Shown: piece after piece, positions 31,292 through 64,000 of the stretch
How positions within the stretch are numbered: position 1 is the first letter of the stretch
Layout of the letters: each line of letters begins with the position of its first letter
Source of the DNA: Eledone cirrhosa
Lineage: Eukaryota
Assembly (NCBI GenBank): GCA_964016885.1
Contig: OZ024759.1
Location: forward strand, 32,364,001-32,428,000
DNA length: 64,000 nt
Reading direction: 5' to 3'
Made by a program: the position numbers and the translations under genes
Notes under the pieces: generated by a model
Told to the model about the DNA's origin: nothing
The model's database searches: none
The model's input: only the letters and a program-made list of their open reading frames with translations

Positions 31292-31455
31292 ATATATATC
31301 AATTGGTGCGTCATATATATCAATATATGGCTGTGTGATCGTCTAATGTATGTCGTTATTAAAGATTGTGTGTGTATATATCAATGTGCGCGTGTTTATC
31401 TATTTGATTGCATAAGATACTTTAACATGTATATGAATGATATATATTGATATTG

Positions 31456-31530
<75 letters not shown>

Positions 31531-31688
31531 GATATATGTATATATATATATTGATATTGATATTGATATTGATATATATATATATCATAAATTATTCATT
31601 ATAAAACATATACTGGTATATATTATACAAGTTGCAAACGTTATCTGATGCAGACCTCTATACGTGGAGTAGAGTGAAATATGCACTT

Positions 31689-31752
<64 letters not shown>

Positions 31753-32315
31753 TTGTGCGTCTGTGTGTGTACGTACGTGTATGTGTGCGTGTGTGTGTGT
31801 GTAGGTGGGTTCCAGACTGGAGTAAAAAAAAAATAAAAGATGGAATTTTCAAAGCTGGAATTCGTTTTATGTTCGAAAGTTTGCAGGAGCGGAATTATGA
31901 GGATGCGTAAGACGATGAAGATGAAATGGAGTAAACAAACAGCAACAATATAAATAAAACCACTTCAAATACAAGTATCTAGTGCAAATCAGTTGATTGT
32001 ATCACCAACAGTACTTGGCTGGTAGTTTATTTTATCGACGCTGAGAAGGATGAAATACAAAGTTGAATGCAACAGAGAGATTTGAACTTAGATCAGAAAG
32101 TAAGACCTTTTGTCTGGTTTTGCTCTACCTTTGAATAAAATAACGAGAGTAAAGTCGTTGGATTGATAAGTTGGAAGCATTTAATTAATTCTTAATTAAA
32201 TGGCAGCGAATTCACAGAGTCGTTAGAACATCGGATTGAATGCTTTGCGCTTTAGTTTCTGTTCTCTACCGAAGTCAATTTTGCCTTTCGTCCATTCGAA
32301 GTTGATAAAAAAAAT

Positions 32316-32680
32316 GTACCAGTTAATTACTGGGGTCGATTCTTCCTCTATATCTCTTCTTCACTTCCTCTCTCTCATTCAAGGTTGATATAAAAAGTAC
32401 CAGTTAAGTACTGGGGTCGATTCTTCCTCTATATCTCTTCTTCACTTCCTCTCTATCATTCAAGGTTGATATAAAAAGTACCAGTTAAGTACTGGGGTCG
32501 ATTCTTCCTCTATATCTCTTCTTCACTTCCTCTCTATCATTCAAGGTTGATATAAAAAGTACCAGTTAAGTACTGGGGTAAATTCTTCCTCTATATCTCT
32601 TCTTCACTTCCTCTCTCTCATTCAAGGTTGATATAAAAAGTACCAGTTAAGTACTGGGGTCGATTCTTCCTCTGTATCAT
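32316..32680. repeat. 81-bp minisatellite derived from a SINE 3' tail, ~4.5 copies
   Basis: tggggt at 32331, 32412, 32493, 32574, 32655. Confidence 0.9.
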
Positions 32681-33735
32681 TCTCACTTTCATTCTCTCAT
32701 TCTCTATATCCTTCTCTGGAAGAAATCTGATGTGTTTAGGCCTAGTGAGGAGATGGGCTCCACCAGGTTTAAAAATGCCTATATGTAAATATGGCGCCCC
32801 TACGACTCTCTCGGAAGTTACGGGAGTAAGATGAATATTATCAATATTTCGGAATAAAATCCTTTCGTCTCTTTTGACTTGGAGTAGGATATCTCGTGTT
32901 GTTCTTAAGCCAGTGTCGTCTAATCTGAATGTCTGGTTTTTATCAAGGCTGGATATGGTTAATGAATCATGTGGTATTTGTTCTCAGATATGGTTGTATC
33001 TATCGTATAAGTTGAATAAACTGTAGTGGTGTTATGTCTATGTTAGCCGCTGGGTTAAGGGTTCTTGTCTGGTGTTGATTAGGAGGGTTTAAGTTAGGCT
33101 ATGTTCTGATCTAAGCTATGGTTGTATCAAATATTAAAGTGGAATAAACTGCAGTGGTGTGTATGTCTATGTTAGCTGCTGGGTTAAGGGTTCCAGTTGA
33201 GTGTTAATTAGGGTCTTGGACTACTGGAGTAGATATTTTATTTGATTCTGAGATTTTATTCAAAATTGCAATGATCTAGTCCAGGTGGCAGCTGATGAGG
33301 GTAGTAGATATTTTTTTAATAGATTCGTTGATTCGGAAATTGCCAGTATTCCTATCCCTGGCTTCATTTGACGAAGGGATTTTATCCTGAAATATTAAGG
33401 ACTACAGCTTTGTTACCGTCATTTTTTATATTTAATTTCATATTTGCATTGCTGTACCCCTACAGACCCCCCCCCCCTCCTACTATTTTCTAAACTATAA
33501 ATAAATAAATAAATAAAGGGTTTTTTTTTAGAATTCATCAAACAATAAAAGAAAAAAAAGAACGGAAAAGCTGGATAGAAACTCTCGAAGTTCGATTGAA
33601 AAGCAGTATCTTAGCTACGTGCGATCTCGTGGGCGGAAGTGTTGCAGTAATGAAGAACAGCCAGCCATATCCGCTGCGTTAGCCATTGATATAAATTATT
33701 ATCAATAACTTTTTTCCAAATGCAAATTTCATGTT

Positions 33736-33823
<88 letters not shown>

Positions 33824-34204
33824 TGTTGTAGGGTGTAGAAATATGTCAACGACACCACGTAAATAATATAATATTTCACAATTTGAAATCAATACCATCA
33901 ATTGATCAATTTATATGCGGGGCCCCAGAATTTGCATATTTGTGGGGAACGTTAGCATGATGGTTATTATTAATAATATTATTATTAATATTATTATTAG
34001 GAAAAGATCGGAGTTGGGAGAGAAGGTGGTAATTTCTCATATAAAAATTCGAATAATTTATGGTTTGTTGTGTGGACTTGAAGTATCGTTAATCTGTGAT
34101 GTTGTTCGGTAATTAGCGAGATGTGTGACGATACTTTTTAAATTTCAATATTTATAGTTACAGTTATTAACTAGCCTAATCACTTTACATTAATATATAT
34201 GTGC

Positions 34205-34277
<73 letters not shown>

Positions 34278-34281
34278 CATA

Positions 34282-34357
<76 letters not shown>

Positions 34358-34532
34358 TATATATATAGACATATATATATAGACATATATATATATAGAT
34401 AGATAGATAGACATATATATATATGTATGTATATATATATATATTTAGACATACACCTATGTATCGATACATACATGTGTGTGTGTGTTTGTTTAAATAA
34501 ATAATGCATAAGCATAATTATATATATATATT

Positions 34533-34617
<85 letters not shown>

Positions 34618-34646
34618 ATATGCCTGGAGAAATTCGTGTGCATGTG

Positions 34647-34700
<54 letters not shown>

Positions 34701-35460
34701 TGTGTCTGTGTCTGTGTGTGTGTGTCTGTGTGTGTGTGTGTGCGTTTGTATGTAATATGATGGAGAAGTAAAAGGCGGGAGGAAGTGCTTAAGCTATACT
34801 GACAAACTTGGAAAGAAGAACTCAATACTATATTAAAATGAAGTGAAGTAGAGCATGATATCAATCCATGAACATGTAACTTATGATGTAGTCGTAGGGA
34901 CGCTTTTGTGACATATGTAGCATCTTGGACACTTTAAATCTGACAGACAACATTCCCTCTTCAGATCTTCACACAGCCGATTTCTTCCAGAGAAGGCGTG
35001 AGAGTGATAGAGGCAGAATCTTCTCCAGTACTGGGTTGGAACTTTATTTATCGAGCTCAAAAGAATGAAATGCAAAGCTGAGATTAAGGAGATTTGAATT
35101 TAGAGAGTGCATAGAGCCTGAACGGACACTGTAAGGAATTCTATTCAACGTTCTAACGACTCCGCCATTTCATAGTGTACAGATGCGACGATACACGTGT
35201 TTATTCTTTAACTGGAATGTATTCAACGTTCTCACCACTCTGTCACTTTGTAGTGTACAGAAGTGATAAACGTATTTATTTTGTTAACTAGAAAGGATAG
35301 ATTACACAGGATTTGGTCGTCGTTTCATCTTCCTATTCGTCGTACTAATGAAAAGATAGGACAAGAATATCAACTGTATAGATCAGCGTCTCCCAACCCG
35401 GTAAGAAGGTTATCACACTACATTAGTTATCACACACACACACTCTGACATAGTAATACC

Positions 35461-35563
<103 letters not shown>

Positions 35564-35613
35564 ATGTATGTATGTATGTATGTATGTATGTATGTATGTA
35601 TGTATGTATTTGT

Positions 35614-37037
<1,424 letters not shown>

Positions 37038-37383
37038 ATGCTGTATAACACCAGTTTTACTCCTCCTCATTATCATCATCACCGCCCTGTCCACCAATCT
37101 ACATTGCTGTTAAAACTACTTACTGCTATTTTCCAAAATAGATTCACCAAGTATATATGTCGCTACAACCTAATTTTAAACGACATAGATGTAGACAGAA
37201 GCATTGCTTCTAGCAATGAGACAACGACAAACACGGGTCTTGTCAAATTCAGAAGTTCTATATACATATATGCATATATGCATATATGCATATATATATA
37301 TATGTGTGTGTGTATTTCTGTATATATATATATATATGTATGAATATATATATATATATATATATATAGATATATATATAAAT

Positions 37384-37469
<86 letters not shown>

Positions 37470-37633
37470 TGTTATACTTTGGGAGGGTCATGTTGCCAAT
37501 AAGAAACACAGGCACCAGTTGCTTTCACTCCAATTTATTGTAAATTAAAAAAAGAAAATTTTTTAATTTAAAAACAAAAAATTTATAAATTTCCGATTGG
37601 TTGGTTCCACAAACGGATGGTTGTTCATATATT

Positions 37634-37676
37634 GTCAAACTTCTTTCGTCACACATTCTGTGACCTCATCAGTGAC
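37634..37676 (-). ncRNA. Hammerhead motif, family F
   Basis: gtca CTGATGA g-gtcaca-gaatg-tgtgac GAAA gaag TT tgac; stem III mismatched. Confidence 0.6.
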
Positions 37677-37758
37677 TGGGGATTCTTTTTTTTCTTCTTT
37701 GTTTTGTGCCTCTCCATTGTTCTATCCTACGCCATCTTGTTTATGTGTTTATGTGTGT

Positions 37759-37845
<87 letters not shown>

Positions 37846-39075
37846 AGTGTGTGTTTATATATGCATGTAAGTGTGTATTCATAAGTACGAAGATATGGTT
37901 CTACTTTACCATACATCAATTTATTATATAACGACTGTTATGTATATTTCAGAGGCATCAGGCAATAATTACGTAAGAATAACATAAGTCAGAGACGTCA
38001 TCATCATACAGTATTACACAAAGTTGTTGATATGGAAATCGTTTGACACAGGTGTGTTGATTGCCCGAAATTTAGTCAACATATCGTAATAGTGTTTCTC
38101 AATGATTCCCTGCATGCTAGAGGACGTGTTCAGAATATGATACTTCGTTAAATGTGCTGGTCAGGTCAGATGTCAAGACGTTCGGGCCTTATCTTGATTT
38201 ATGGGTTTTATTCGTGGTCAAGATCTCCCCGACTATTGCTCAGCCTTCTACTAATGGTAATAAACATTGACACACCCCACCCCACCCGCACCCCCCAAAA
38301 AATGAATTGAAAACGATTCCTAAATAATTGTTTATACTTTTGGCACAAGGCCAGCAATTACCCCAGTACATTACTGGTACTTTATTTCATCGACCCCTTA
38401 AGGATGAAAGGCAAAGTTAACCTCGGTGGGATTTGTACTCAGAATGGCAACGGCCGTAACTCTATGCGCCGAAGCATGGCGTCCGATCCTCTACCGATAC
38501 TGCCAATCCACCCTAAATAAAGACGATTATTTTCTTTAAAAAAAAAAGATAAAGATAGTTTTACCAAGAGTTCGAATCCCACATCCACTTAAACAAAGGA
38601 GGGGTGTGTTCAAATCCAAGATTCCTAAAAAAAAAACTGTTTTAAATAGTCTCCCTGAGAATTTGAATCCAAAGAAACATATTGCAATTAAATAGAAAAT
38701 AATTGGAGTGAAGGGAGGTAATTCGCTTTATATCTGGATTTTTAATTATTCGTTGAAATCAAAATTATATATTTAATGTCACTGTCACATTTCTACTTCG
38801 AAAATAATTATTTTTACACAGGTAATGAGTGCTCAATCAGTTAATGTTTTAAATACACATTCTAGTCTTGTCTTTTATATAAATAGATATATACATATAC
38901 ATACATACATGTCTGCATATATATATATATATACACATACATATATACATACATATATACACACATATATATACACATATACATACATATATATACACAT
39001 ATATATACATACATACACCTACATATCAACATATATATATATGTGGAGGGGGGGTGTATTTACCAATTCTATATT

Positions 39076-64000
<24,925 letters not shown>

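Noticed and set aside
33285-33400. CTGATGA at 33292 and TTGACGA..GAAA at about 33368
   Set aside because: The first has no properly placed GAAA or stem III. The second has a mutated core and poor stem I, so it is counted only as degenerate.
38300-39075. Poly(A) signal for the SLC23 gene
   Set aside because: Several ATTAAA/AATAAA-like hexamers occur in AT-rich or SINE sequence, and none can be singled out without transcript data.

Overview
Eukaryotic, AT-rich, microsatellite-saturated genomic DNA. The SINE and LINE types and the (TA)n/(CA)n density point to a coleoid cephalopod, probably Octopus (inference). One protein-coding gene is present: an 11-exon, minus-strand SLC23/NCS2 (NAT family) transporter at 63092->39076. 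All introns are GT-AG with consistent phases, giving a 2601-nt CDS (866 aa). It has a ~290-aa homopolymer-rich N-terminus and non-canonical residues at three substrate-site motifs. The rest is repeats: (TAA)n-embedded R4/Dong-type LINE fragments, RTE-, CRE- and Tx1-like remnants, two tRNA-derived SINE families and several minisatellites. The most striking unannotated signal is a swarm of type-I hammerhead-ribozyme (HHR) motifs (stem I-CUGANGA-stem II-GAAA-stem III-UH-stem I). I count about 16 copies with intact cores plus degenerate ones, in at least 8 sequence families. Most sit in (TA)n tracts and many form fold-back palindromes, as expected for Penelope-like/retrozyme-type elements. Nearly all other ORFs in the supplied track are microsatellite artefacts. 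All RNA folds were done by eye and are untested.
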